This document shows, in pieces, positions 8,677-18,249 of a DNA stretch of 64,000 bases. The notes under the pieces are model-generated. The model was not told where the DNA came from. It worked only from the letters and a program-made list of their open reading frames with translations, and did not search any database. The stretch covers positions 125,376 to 189,375 of the IMG/VR virus record IMGVR_UViG_3300019850_000189; one strand, given 5' to 3'. Made by a program: the position numbers and the translations under genes. Numbering within the stretch: the stretch's first letter is position 1; every line of letters starts with the position of its first letter. This stretch comes from a virus.

Positions 8677-9564
8677 ATGAATAAAAAGCTTAATATAAGC
8701 TATGAAAAAAGTTTTGAATTAAAATGCGGTACCAATGAGCACCAAGCTGCAGCTCTCTATGCTGGGGATGAAATGGACATACCCCGAAAAGTTAGTGGGG
8801 GCAATTTAACATACAATGATTTATTGGATATGGATGTGGCCGCCAACATTGTTGCAGAATTCAAAGAACAAGCTTTCGCAATAACTGAGATGGCTAATCC
8901 AGTTTGTGCTTTCTTGTCGGTCAACCCAGCCAGAGTACTTTTAGAATCAGCCAGTGACAAGATAAATCTAAATGGCAAATGTATTGCCACTAATATGAAA
9001 ATGGGCAATGGCATTATTAGGTATTTTATGGAAAGCGGAAATGTTCCAGAATCGGTTGTAGCTCCCTCATATGATGACTATGGTTTGGAGCTTGCGGTAA
9101 AAAATCTTCCGAAGCTCAAAGTTTATAATACAAATGTGAGACAAATGGCATTTACCGAAATGCGCGTAACAAGATGGGGAATTCTGTGGCAGGAGGCAGA
9201 TAACATTCCCGAAAAACTCAATAATGATGAAAAGCTGGCGTGGGCGGTTGTTAAACATGCCAGAAGTTATGCTGTAGTATGGGTAAAGAATAATACAACT
9301 GTTAGAATTATGCATTCACTTAATAGCATCAATGATGCTATTTCTAATAATATGAGTGAAATGATCTATACTAATTATAAAAATAAAATGTTTAAGCTAT
9401 ATGATGCCATTGTCGCAACCGATATCCCATTCAAGAACGAACAGGCAGCAATGCCCCTCATTCAAAAACACAAAAAAACAATCATATTTCCTGGGACACT
9501 ATATGGAGATGAGCCTACCAAAAAACTAAAATTGATGAAATTCAATCATCTACGTTTAAGTTAA
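8677..9564 (+). CDS. degenerate PurH-like AICAR transformylase domain
   Basis: ELKCGTNEHQAAALY ~ LRYGEN.HQ.AA.Y; LTYNDLLDMD ~ LSYNN..D.D; VVAPSY; LAWAVVKHARSYAVV; catalytic KH replaced by EM; no IMP cyclohydrolase domain. Confidence 0.7.
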   Translation: MNKKLNISYEKSFELKCGTNEHQAAALYAGDEMDIPRKVSGGNLTYNDLLDMDVAANIVAEFKEQAFAITEMANPVCAFLSVNPARVLLESASDKINLNGKCIATNMKMGNGIIRYFMESGNVPESVVAPSYDDYGLELAVKNLPKLKVYNTNVRQMAFTEMRVTRWGILWQEADNIPEKLNNDEKLAWAVVKHARSYAVVWVKNNTTVRIMHSLNSINDAISNNMSEMIYTNYKNKMFKLYDAIVATDIPFKNEQAAMPLIQKHKKTIIFPGTLYGDEPTKKLKLMKFNHLRLS

Positions 9565-9610
9565 ATCTATTTCTTTTTCCATGGTAACTTCTTACAAAAA
9601 TTCACTTCAG

Positions 9611-9644
9611 AAAGATCACAGCCTTTAGGCAGTGATTAGTTCAC
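9611..9644 (+). mobile_element. solo IS200/IS605-like right-end hairpin remnant
   Basis: AAAGATCACAGCCTTTAGGCAGTGATTAGTTCAC: stem with CTTTAG loop ending TAGTTCAC; no tnpA/tnpB in window. Confidence 0.55.
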
Positions 9645-10019
9645 TAACGACATTTAGTTTGGCTTTCACGTCATTATAGGCAACACCTTCATCAACCAAC
9701 TTTTTAACTCTCTGCAGATAAGATTTTCAATTTGCGCCAAGCCTTTCGGATGCTTTATTCCATACGATAAGCCAATCGCCGCGCGACAAAGTTTTCTTTT
9801 GTGCAATGGATGGTTTCTTCGCTTTAGTGTCAGCCATTTGAGCCGGGGCTTTTCTACCTCTCATAACTCTTATTGCAATTGTAATGGCCATCTGAGCTTT
9901 GGATTCTTCGTCACTCACTGCTTCCTGTTGGTTCAATATTGAAACATAAGCATGATATCAAAAGGCCTAATTTCGCCTTTGGCGTAATAGGCTTCATCTA
10001 TAACATTTGTTAAATCCAC
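9625..10019 (-). pseudogene. disrupted hypothetical gene (about 130 aa reconstructed)
   Basis: GTG start with GAGGT RBS; one-base frameshift near 9936; in-frame TGA at 9727-9729 (LGAN*KSYLQRVKKLV); 3' end runs into IS-like hairpin. Confidence 0.5.
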
Positions 10020-10020
10020 T

Positions 10021-10407
10021 TTATTTTACCTCGATAGATTTTATTATTGCCCGTTTTATTTCAAAAAAATTAAATGTATCTATTGTTTCAATATGCGAAA
10101 AAGCTTTTCTTTTAGATAGATCTATTGAGTACTTATCTTCATTTCTAAAAAACCTCATGAATTCTTCAGTTGTAATTTCTATAAGCTCTCTTTGAGATGG
10201 ATCGACAGCTTCCAGTGAAGTAATCCAGCCAGTAAGGACGCCTTTATCGCCAGGCTCAGTTGTTATAACAACATCACTTAAGATTAATATTCTATCATCA
10301 GGATTATGACTATCTAGCTTATATTCTCCTGCATATGACCATTCATAGACAAAAACCAGCTCGCCCTTTGAAACACGATCGAATTTACTTCTATTATATA
10401 TTATCAT
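10021..10407 (-). CDS. hypothetical protein, tandem paralogue of 10441-10809
   Basis: MIIYNRSKF...VFVYE...ILILSDVVITTEPG...LTGW. Confidence 0.7.
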   Translation of the reverse strand: MIIYNRSKFDRVSKGELVFVYEWSYAGEYKLDSHNPDDRILILSDVVITTEPGDKGVLTGWITSLEAVDPSQRELIEITTEEFMRFFRNEDKYSIDLSKRKAFSHIETIDTFNFFEIKRAIIKSIEVK

Positions 10408-10440
10408 AGCTCCTGCCGTTTCGATTTAGTGGAAACCCTT

Positions 10441-10809
10441 TCATTTTAGTTCAATACCCTTGATCATTATTTTTTTCAAGTTACTATATTCTGAGCCCTC
10501 TAATACCTCAACGTGGCTGAGACTATTCACCGCTCCAAAATCCCAACTCCATTGACGCACATCCAGAAAAAAGTCTGACAATGCTTCGCGGGTTATTTCT
10601 TTAATATCCTCTTTCGTTGGTCCAACCGCCTCCATATGGAAACCCCATCCGGTTAGGTACCCCGGCCTGCCTGGCTGGGTGGTAATGATAATTTCACTTA
10701 GCACCAGCACTTGTTCATGCGGAGAGTCATAATCAAATTCATGTTCATAAACATATACTATACTTCCCGCTTTGATGTTAATAAATTTTTTTCTATCATA
10801 GATTACCAT
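10441..10809 (-). CDS. hypothetical protein, tandem paralogue of 10021-10407
   Basis: MVIYDRKKF...VYVYE...VLVLSEIIITTQPG...LTGW. Confidence 0.7.
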   Translation of the reverse strand: MVIYDRKKFINIKAGSIVYVYEHEFDYDSPHEQVLVLSEIIITTQPGRPGYLTGWGFHMEAVGPTKEDIKEITREALSDFFLDVRQWSWDFGAVNSLSHVEVLEGSEYSNLKKIMIKGIELK

Positions 10810-11207
10810 AATTTCTGCTGTTTTGCCTCCTCTGGATAGTATACTTTTTCCAGATAAGCATTAATAACTTTAAGTTTTTCACTATTAGTTTTAGAATTTC
10901 TTAGAGCATCCAATATGCCAGATTTGAAGTATAACTCTGAGGATCCATATAGTATAATTTCATAATTAGCAAAATTATTTTGCTTGGATAATACTCCTAA
11001 AATATAAACCACATTCTGTGTTATTTCATATTCATTATTACCAAGTTTCTTATCTATATAGATAATTTTATTGGCATCATCGATAGATACATTCGCTCCT
11101 GCAATCCCGTATTCTGATAGAAATGACTGTAAATCACCTTCTGTCATTGAAAATACAGGAATGAATACCATCAAAAATATTATTAATAAAACAACTTTTT
11201 TTATCAT
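10803..11207 (-). CDS. putative secreted protein
   Basis: signal-peptide-like MIKKVVLLIIFLMVFIPVFS. Confidence 0.6.
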   Translation of the reverse strand: MIKKVVLLIIFLMVFIPVFSMTEGDLQSFLSEYGIAGANVSIDDANKIIYIDKKLGNNEYEITQNVVYILGVLSKQNNFANYEIILYGSSELYFKSGILDALRNSKTNSEKLKVINAYLEKVYYPEEAKQQKLW

Positions 11208-11467
11208 TATTTTATATCCAATTTGCCCTTTATTTTGGCTAAGTCAATCCTAATTTCGCTAACATTTGATTCATTCAGCGCTATTCCGGCACCATTTCGT
11301 TTGATCTCGGATTGCACTGTTAGTAAATGTTCCTCTATGCGAATAAGTGTTTCTCTGTTCTTGCGCGAACGGTTTAATGATGTGCTGACGAAAGTCGCCG
11401 CGCTTGCTATAATTGCTGCTATTATGATCATTGCCAGCTGTTTGTTAAAGTCCTTGAAGAAGCTCAT
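11207..11467 (-). CDS. single-TM coiled-coil protein
   Basis: TM helix followed by heptad-like tail. Confidence 0.55.
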   Translation of the reverse strand: MSFFKDFNKQLAMIIIAAIIASAATFVSTSLNRSRKNRETLIRIEEHLLTVQSEIKRNGAGIALNESNVSEIRIDLAKIKGKLDIK

Positions 11468-11534
11468 TTTTATGTCCTTTTGGCTTAAGATTCATTATTT
11501 ATCTTTGTTGCTTGTTACATATATATTCGCAAAG

Positions 11535-11861
11535 ATGAAAGAATTAAAATATAAATGTGTTTGTGGTGCCGCTTTTGAGGAGCTTGAAGAGCTCCAGTCT
11601 CATCAAATGGTATGTGTGCTTTTTCGCAAAAGCATAATAAAGCAGATGCCTAAACACAAAGAGAAACAACAGATTAAAGTGGGAGTAAAAAATGTTTCAA
11701 ATAAGATTATCAAAGACGAAAAACCTCCGGGAGAAGAAGAGCATATTAAAAGAGTGCCTTATAAAACAACAAGACGCAGCACAAAAAGCTCATCGGGTGC
11801 TTCATTGGACAAGAGCAACAATCAGAAGATTGAAACGCCTGAAAATGAGAAATCCAGCTAA
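11535..11861 (+). CDS. zinc-finger-like protein
   Basis: YKCVCGAAF......SHQMVC; CATATATA at 11518 upstream. Confidence 0.55.
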   Translation: MKELKYKCVCGAAFEELEELQSHQMVCVLFRKSIIKQMPKHKEKQQIKVGVKNVSNKIIKDEKPPGEEEHIKRVPYKTTRRSTKSSSGASLDKSNNQKIETPENEKSS

Positions 11862-11868
11862 CCTGGAA

Positions 11869-12201
11869 ATGGACCATCCATTTGAGTTAGGCAATGAGAA
11901 AAAGCTTCATTGGATTGATATAATGATAAAATTGCCGCACCTGTTTCGCTGGAAGTGGGATTACGTATATAGCATATATTCCGAAACAGTCTGGAGAGTT
12001 CAAGAAAGCGAAGCGCGTGAGCTGGGATTTGATTACCCAATGAAAAATCCCAAAGATAATGTTGATAAGTTTAGATGCATATATACTGAAGCTGAAGCCA
12101 TAATGGAGAATGAACTAATTCATTATTATGAAGAATGGGTAAAAATTTTTATTCCACAATTTACTAAACGTATAAAAACGGGGACATATGGAAAACGATA
12201 A
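11869..12201 (+). CDS. hypothetical protein
   Basis: start reassigned to ATG 11869. Confidence 0.5.
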   Translation: MDHPFELGNEKKLHWIDIMIKLPHLFRWKWDYVYSIYSETVWRVQESEARELGFDYPMKNPKDNVDKFRCIYTEAEAIMENELIHYYEEWVKIFIPQFTKRIKTGTYGKR

Positions 12202-12457
12202 TGTTGGAATTAGGGATTGGCGGAAACTCACAAGCAATTCGGTAGAAAATTACACAATTAAAGATATGATGTCTGTCATATCTCTGAATCTGGAAGAGTT
12301 TCTTCGAAGCAAAGATGAGAATTATGTGACAGATGCCTTAAACTTACTTGACACAATTCTTTTGACCTATAAGTGCGAAAAAATAGATGAACATTATCTA
12401 TTCACGCCCAATCATGAATTGTTTGTAATTAGCACACCAATATATGTAGGGAGATAA
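12188..12457 (+). CDS. hypothetical protein
   Basis: ORF track, overlapping operon. Confidence 0.55.
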   Translation: MENDNVGIRDWRKLTSNSVENYTIKDMMSVISLNLEEFLRSKDENYVTDALNLLDTILLTYKCEKIDEHYLFTPNHELFVISTPIYVGR

Positions 12458-12462
12458 AAAAC

Positions 12463-12672
12463 ATGACCAAGGAACAACTTAAGAAAAGGGTCGCAAAATT
12501 TCAAGAAGAAACAACAACAAATAAAATTGGCGAGGCTGAAATGTTCGCGAGGAGAAAGATGGCTCAATTTCTTATTATGGAGCGTAAATATACGGAGCAT
12601 ATTATAATGAATGGCCTTGAGGCCAAAGTGAAAATTAATATGGAAATTGAACTTTCGGAGAAAGGTGGTTAA
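12463..12672 (+). CDS. hypothetical protein
   Basis: GGGAG RBS. Confidence 0.55.
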   Translation: MTKEQLKKRVAKFQEETTTNKIGEAEMFARRKMAQFLIMERKYTEHIIMNGLEAKVKINMEIELSEKGG

Positions 12673-12673
12673 T

Positions 12674-12856
12674 GTGCACGACGCAATAGTTAAAATGAGG
12701 AATGAAGAAGTAATAAAAATATCCATGTGTAAAGAACACTCTCAATCGGAGAGTGGCACACTTATTATAGAGAATCATCTGGGAGAAAAATATCTATTTT
12801 CTCCTTACAATTTTTTGTATGCAAAATTCATACCAGCAGACGAGAAGGTAAAATGA
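12674..12856 (+). CDS. hypothetical protein
   Basis: GTG start after AAAGGTGG. Confidence 0.45.
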   Translation: MHDAIVKMRNEEVIKISMCKEHSQSESGTLIIENHLGEKYLFSPYNFLYAKFIPADEKVK

Positions 12857-13053
12857 CCATAAAATTGCATATGATAGATGGCAAAGTTGTCATCAAAAGT
12901 CAGCAAGATGATAAATCTCACATCTTATTCACAGATCCTAAATTTTCTTTAATAGGTCATATTAATAAATTTCACTATGATGGGGATAAACTTATTGTAG
13001 ATGAAATGAATATCGAACGCTTAAGTGTGATCCCTGAAATGCCATCGCAGTAA
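12853..13053 (+). CDS. hypothetical protein
   Basis: ATGA overlap. Confidence 0.5.
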   Translation: MTIKLHMIDGKVVIKSQQDDKSHILFTDPKFSLIGHINKFHYDGDKLIVDEMNIERLSVIPEMPSQ

Positions 13054-13137
13054 ATTTAGAGAGAGCATAGAGTCGGGTTTTATTAAAAATCGAGGGGACA
13101 TTTCGTGGAATTGAGGCAGAAATATTTATGTGGAGAT

Positions 13138-13728
13138 ATGAAGTATGAGAATTTCGAAAATAAGCACAAGGGACAAACTCTGTATGTAATAGGCACTGGT
13201 GCCTCATTGAGGGATTTTGATTGGAACAAAATAAGGGATGAAAACACATTGGCCTACAACAAATCAGTATTTCATATTCCATTTTGGCCAACTTATTATT
13301 GGATATGGGATAGAAATGGCAATGAAGAAAACATTTATAATTTAATGGATTTCGCACCGCTTTCCAAGTTCAGTAAATATAGATGGATTCAGGTAAAGAG
13401 ATTACCAGTAGGAGATCAAAGATTGTTCGGGTCGGAGGGATTACGAAGAGCGGGTAGTTCAGCCATTTATGCTATAGAGCTGGCGCTTTGGATGGGTTTT
13501 GAAAAAATCATTATACTTGGTCAAGATATGTATGTTGATCGATGGTATTCATTCTGGCAGAAGGTAGAAACTCCAGCATCGTTCAAGGCCAATAAAGTCA
13601 AATGGTTTGGCCGCGAGTTGCTGAACGAGTTTCGTAGATTTGAACAAATGAAGGATCGGATATTGGTAGGCCATAGTCCAAGAAGCTTGTTGGTGCAAAA
13701 TGGCATCTTAAACCATATAGAGACATAA
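13138..13728 (+). CDS. DUF115/MAF_flag10 (MptE-like/Maf glycosyltransferase-like) protein
   Basis: KHKGQTLYVIGTGASL, TLAYN, GSSAIYAIELALWMGFEKIIILGQD. Confidence 0.75.
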   Translation: MKYENFENKHKGQTLYVIGTGASLRDFDWNKIRDENTLAYNKSVFHIPFWPTYYWIWDRNGNEENIYNLMDFAPLSKFSKYRWIQVKRLPVGDQRLFGSEGLRRAGSSAIYAIELALWMGFEKIIILGQDMYVDRWYSFWQKVETPASFKANKVKWFGRELLNEFRRFEQMKDRILVGHSPRSLLVQNGILNHIET

Positions 13729-13738
13729 AGGTTAGCAT

Positions 13739-14053
13739 ATGAAACACTTTAAAAAGGGAGATGTGTTTCTCCTCAGCGCCATAAACTCAGACAATCAAAT
13801 AAGCAGCGAGAGCCTTGTAAAGCTCACAAGTGATTCTTCTGCAGGTTATGCTAATGGCATAACGTTAAATGATTATATTATATCTGGCATAGCACATTAT
13901 GATGATCGCGTATTCATACTTTTAAATATGGTAAATGCCCATTTTTATATTAATGAAAAAGATTTTTTAATATCGCAAGATATCAATACTATTATGAACT
14001 TCAAAAAGAAATATTTGGATAGTATATTTACTTGTAAAAATAGAATGAAATAG
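13739..14053 (+). CDS. hypothetical protein
   Basis: ORF track. Confidence 0.55.
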   Translation: MKHFKKGDVFLLSAINSDNQISSESLVKLTSDSSAGYANGITLNDYIISGIAHYDDRVFILLNMVNAHFYINEKDFLISQDINTIMNFKKKYLDSIFTCKNRMK

Positions 14054-14064
14054 CGGATAACCAA

Positions 14065-14406
14065 ATGGAATTAGAACAACTGAAGAACTTAAAAAAGGGA
14101 ACTAATTTTGTATTTAGCTACACCAACAGCATATTTGTTAATATATTTTTTGCAAGTGTATTAAAGATATCAGAAGTTCGACATGAAAAATATATCTTAA
14201 AGCACATCGAGACAGTACATTTCAGTTTCAATGAAAGGACAAATGAAGCTACAATTATGATTTACAGTAATAATCCATATAGCATACCAATACAATTTGA
14301 TAGAGGTTTTGCAGAATATTATCATATAGAATCAAACAAATTTAGAGAAGGCAAGCTGGCTATTCTTAGCCAATTATTTGGTGCGAGTACAGTAAAATTT
14401 CAATAA
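14065..14406 (+). CDS. hypothetical protein
   Basis: ORF track. Confidence 0.55.
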   Translation: MELEQLKNLKKGTNFVFSYTNSIFVNIFFASVLKISEVRHEKYILKHIETVHFSFNERTNEATIMIYSNNPYSIPIQFDRGFAEYYHIESNKFREGKLAILSQLFGASTVKFQ

Positions 14407-14423
14407 AGAAATCAAAGTGAGAT

Positions 14424-14807
14424 ATGAAAAAAAAAATTATAGAAGAGAATCATTCGCAAGTAATCCTTGAAGAGTTAAAAATAGTAAAAAACATTGCGTA
14501 TATTATGGCACACACAGAAGAGGATGCAGACTATGATAAGTTTCTTCATCGTATTGCAAAAGACAGTCTCAATAATGCAATTACGCTATGGAAACGCGTT
14601 AAAAATAAAAACTTCACCTCAGGGATTTTAGATGAAAATATCGATAAGAATGGCCGTAAAATTGCCAAGCAAATTAAAAAACATATAAAATATTACGAGG
14701 GTGTTTTGGCAAATAAAATAACTAAGAAAGAAAGAGAACTTTACGAATATATTATAAAGAACAAAAAGAGGCATTTGGCAATTTTAAATCAAGTAATAGA
14801 AGATTAA
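14424..14807 (+). CDS. hypothetical protein
   Basis: ORF track. Confidence 0.55.
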   Translation: MKKKIIEENHSQVILEELKIVKNIAYIMAHTEEDADYDKFLHRIAKDSLNNAITLWKRVKNKNFTSGILDENIDKNGRKIAKQIKKHIKYYEGVLANKITKKERELYEYIIKNKKRHLAILNQVIED

Positions 14808-14821
14808 TTAAGGAGATAAAA

Positions 14822-15076
14822 ATGGATAGAAAACAAAAAAATGCTGTTAAAAAATGTTTTAATGCTGTCAGTGCTCTTGTTCAAGAGCGGAAAGATGTTA
14901 ATACTCAGATAAATGAAGAGTTTAAAATAACATCAAAAGATATTGGCTGGTCAGTTCAAGGCCTTAAAAATGGTTTCTCTCTATATAAGAGAGGAGTGAG
15001 ACTGGAAGACATCAACGAACTATATGAGGTGTTCGTTGAAATGGATAGTCCCGACAGCCCAGAAGAAGATGAATGA
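14822..15076 (+). CDS. possible T4 DsbA-like dsDNA-binding protein
   Basis: size and pattern (I...K..G......N....LY.....E...ELYE) resemble DsbA; weak. Confidence 0.35.
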   Translation: MDRKQKNAVKKCFNAVSALVQERKDVNTQINEEFKITSKDIGWSVQGLKNGFSLYKRGVRLEDINELYEVFVEMDSPDSPEEDE

Positions 15077-15118
15077 AATTGCTGGATAAGAAACAATAAA
15101 TTATAGAGGAAAATTAAT

Positions 15119-15610
15119 ATGGATGAACTCGGAAAGCTCAGAATACGAGGTAAGGTGCTTAAAAAAAGTCTGGAGCCTAAAGAAAGAGAGAACGCAGTAA
15201 AAGAGCCAAAACAAAATGAACCTATCTATATTACCATGGAAGAAGCTAAAAAACTGGTCGAGGAAGAGGCTAAAAAACAACTTGTAGAAGTACAAGAAAA
15301 AATTCGAAAAATGGAAGAAGATACAGCAGGAAGAACAGACTTCGCTCATGACAAAATAGATCAGGAACCAAATGAAAAAAGCATTCCTCCATCATACGAT
15401 CCCGATAAATCGGAGGTGGTAGTGACTGCCAGAACTATAGTTGACAAAGGCAACTATTTAAACATCTACCGGCTTGGTACTCTTATCTCACAGGTGGCTG
15501 ATTTAATTGTTGGTGAATACTCCGACATGCAAAGTGTAGTAGCCGAGCATACTGGTAAAATGCTCAAAGAATATACAGCTCATCTTAATGAATTTGTTTC
15601 TCGCTTGTAA
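15119..15610 (+). CDS. hypothetical protein
   Basis: GAGG RBS. Confidence 0.6.
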   Translation: MDELGKLRIRGKVLKKSLEPKERENAVKEPKQNEPIYITMEEAKKLVEEEAKKQLVEVQEKIRKMEEDTAGRTDFAHDKIDQEPNEKSIPPSYDPDKSEVVVTARTIVDKGNYLNIYRLGTLISQVADLIVGEYSDMQSVVAEHTGKMLKEYTAHLNEFVSRL

Positions 15611-15786
15611 CAAAGTTCTAAATTGGGAGTAATGATAATGTCAGATGAAACCGAGAGAGCAATGCTGGTTGAGTTAAAGAAAATAAGTCATTTTTTAGAG
15701 CTTCTGTATAATTTATTTTCCAAGTATGACTCGCAAGCTTTGCTTGAACTGGAGGAACTGCGAGCCGCAGAAGAAAAACCAAGAAA

Positions 15787-16197
15787 ATGATCTCAGCATT
15801 GATCAATATTAGTTACCATGTCAATACCTCATCTATAACGCAGATAATTAGAATTGATGCCAAAAGGGGCCACTTAAAATATTTTTTGAATAACAAATAT
15901 ATCGCAGGTAGAAAACTGGATAATAAGTTGCGCGGCTATTACATAGGAGATGGTACCAATATTATCTTTCAGAAAGAAGCTATACATAAAAATGTAATAG
16001 CTATCACATACAAGATAATTGGAAGCATTAAGAAGAATTTTGATGATATTGAATTTACAATTTTTGCTCCGGTTCCAGGAAAATTTCTTTGTTTGGACTG
16101 CCGATATTTCAGAGATGAATATAATCGCTGTTTATATTTCAAAAAGATGAATATTAAATTTAAAAAACACTGCGTAGCATATGAACAGAAGTTCTAA
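15787..16197 (+). CDS. hypothetical protein with C-terminal Cys cluster
   Basis: CLDC...C...C. Confidence 0.55.
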   Translation: MISALINISYHVNTSSITQIIRIDAKRGHLKYFLNNKYIAGRKLDNKLRGYYIGDGTNIIFQKEAIHKNVIAITYKIIGSIKKNFDDIEFTIFAPVPGKFLCLDCRYFRDEYNRCLYFKKMNIKFKKHCVAYEQKF

Positions 16198-16209
16198 TAG
16201 GAGAAATAA

Positions 16210-16878
16210 ATGACAGATTCGGAACGGTTTATGGAGATATTTCACCGCAATATCCTAACCAAATATGAAATAGAAAACGAAATTGTCAGATCTGGGTTCA
16301 ACACAAGCTTTGAGGAACTGCTTAAAAAAGGCTATATTAGGCCAACAGGAAGATCATATCAAAATCATGAGTTTTATGCCCCTAATGTCCAATCATGGAT
16401 AAAGGCAAACTATCCTGTATCCAGATTGGAAGCTATAGATTTAGGGGCCAATTACCGAATGCCTCTCCGGTTCGAGAAATGGTTTGTTGATTATTTACGT
16501 AATGAGCTTAAGTGGAATCAAAATCAAATCCTATTGTGGTGGAACTCGGCATTTGGCCGTTCTTTTGCCGATGCTTACATGCCCAAAGCGATAACAGAAC
16601 TTAATACCAGGCAAAAATTTATAAATGAGATTAAAAAAGAAAAAGAGCGTTTTCAGAATGAACTGGCGACCTTACGCAAAGAAGAACCGAATTATAACAA
16701 GCAATCTGCAGAAAAATATTATAGTCAATCCTCCAGTCTAACAGCAAATAATATGATCAGTTCTATTTTTCACAAGGAGGCCATCATAAAGGATGCTGTA
16801 ACACTTAAATATTTTGCACGGTTTAAACCTGAATTCATTAAATACACCTTTGAAAAAAGTCCGCACTACATCCTATAA
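16210..16878 (+). CDS. hypothetical protein
   Basis: AGGAG RBS. Confidence 0.6.
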   Translation: MTDSERFMEIFHRNILTKYEIENEIVRSGFNTSFEELLKKGYIRPTGRSYQNHEFYAPNVQSWIKANYPVSRLEAIDLGANYRMPLRFEKWFVDYLRNELKWNQNQILLWWNSAFGRSFADAYMPKAITELNTRQKFINEIKKEKERFQNELATLRKEEPNYNKQSAEKYYSQSSSLTANNMISSIFHKEAIIKDAVTLKYFARFKPEFIKYTFEKSPHYIL

Positions 16879-16907
16879 AATACTTATGAATCACAAGGAG
16901 ATCAAAA

Positions 16908-17777
16908 ATGAGTGTAAATCAAACAACAAAATTACCTGGTGATGCGCAGCTGCTACTGCAACATCAAAAAACGCTGTATGATACGAGTATCAAACAACAA
17001 CGTAAAAATTCATTGATCACAATCATAGTTCTGGGCGTTATGCTGTCAATAGCTTTATATTGGTTAGTCAATAACTATCTCAAGTGGCAGATGGAAAAAA
17101 CCGCCACAACACGCGCCTATGAATTGGAAATAGAAAAAGTTAACAATAGGGCGCACTATATTAAAAATGCCATTATTGGTGATTATTATATTGACGATAA
17201 AAAGAAATTTGAAGATTTTATGTTGACGGGCTCCTGGATAATTACAAAAAAATATCATGAGTATAAAAAAAAGATTAAATCTAATAAATTTGCCTCCATG
17301 AATAACAAAGAAATAAGAAAATATCTGGAGATAAGTTTCAAAGGTGCGCAGCTTGTGGGAATTGATCCATATCTGCTTCTGGCTGTGGATAGTGTGGAGA
17401 GCGAATATGATAAAAAAGCCAAAAGCAAGGCTGGGGCCCTAGGGATTTGTCAATTTATGCCGTTAACAGCCAAACTAATTGCAAATTCTTCTACTAATTA
17501 TACAATATTACAGGTAGATGGTTACGAACCAAAAAGGTTGTATGATCCTGTGTATTCAAAAAAGCTACAAATAAGATTTTTACATGATTTATTTGTGTAT
17601 TTTGATGGCCGAGTTGAATGGGTCTTACTGGCTTATAATTGGGGCCCAGATGTAACCGCTAAAAAAAAGTGGGCCGATGGTGATGCTGTTTTTTCTGATC
17701 TAGACAAGGAACAGCAAGAATACGCTACAAAAGTACTTAATGTCTATAATCAACTCAAGATGGGAGTCAAGAATTAA
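16908..17777 (+). CDS. membrane-anchored lytic transglycosylase (SLT family)
   Basis: N-terminal TM; LAVDSVES (catalytic E), AGALGICQFMPLTA, LAYNWGP. Confidence 0.85.
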   Translation: MSVNQTTKLPGDAQLLLQHQKTLYDTSIKQQRKNSLITIIVLGVMLSIALYWLVNNYLKWQMEKTATTRAYELEIEKVNNRAHYIKNAIIGDYYIDDKKKFEDFMLTGSWIITKKYHEYKKKIKSNKFASMNNKEIRKYLEISFKGAQLVGIDPYLLLAVDSVESEYDKKAKSKAGALGICQFMPLTAKLIANSSTNYTILQVDGYEPKRLYDPVYSKKLQIRFLHDLFVYFDGRVEWVLLAYNWGPDVTAKKKWADGDAVFSDLDKEQQEYATKVLNVYNQLKMGVKN

Positions 17778-17889
17778 TGAGATGATAGATTATATAATCC
17801 CGATGTCTTTGTGGCAATTTGAGAAGCCAGAGGATAGAGAATTCAAGCAATGCTTGGTTTTAACAAATCTACAACCATTGTGGCCAAAG
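17770..17889 (+). pseudogene. C-terminal remnant of an HNH endonuclease
   Basis: IDYIIPMSLWQFEKPEDREFKQCLVLTNLQPLW matches HKIYQSYWKFERPEDPEFKQCWALCNLMPIW of the HNH at 35358-36149. Confidence 0.65.
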
Positions 17890-17925
17890 ATAATTTGTGT
17901 GAATATAACCACATGGAGGCATAAA

Positions 17926-18249
17926 ATGGCACCTTGGGGCATAGCAGATGTAGATAAACACAAAAAAGGTCTCACCAAAAAACAGAAAAAGAAGTGGGTA
18001 GCTATCGCCAATGCTATACTCAAGAGAACTGGAAATGAAGGAATGGCGATCGCCACTGCCGACAAAAGATCAGTAAGTGAAGACATGGCATTTATGATAG
18101 AATACATCGCTACCAGTGAAGGTTTAGCCGGTTCAGATAAAATAAATAAATCTCCCATTGACACTTTTGATATTGGTAATAGACACATGATAAATCTAGA
18201 TATTCCACTCAAGGCTAAAAAATCCAGAAAACGTAAAAAAAAAGCATAG
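17926..18249 (+). CDS. ChaB-like/head-associated small protein
   Basis: GGAGG RBS; MAPWGIADVDKHKKGLTKKQKKKWVAIANAIL...EGMAIATA. Confidence 0.45.
   Translation: MAPWGIADVDKHKKGLTKKQKKKWVAIANAILKRTGNEGMAIATADKRSVSEDMAFMIEYIATSEGLAGSDKINKSPIDTFDIGNRHMINLDIPLKAKKSRKRKKKA

Noticed and set aside
9625-10019. Stop-codon reassignment (TGA=Trp) suggested by LGAN*KSY
   Set aside because: Many genes end in TGA with ATGA overlaps and long genes are intact under code 11; a local nonsense mutation is simpler.
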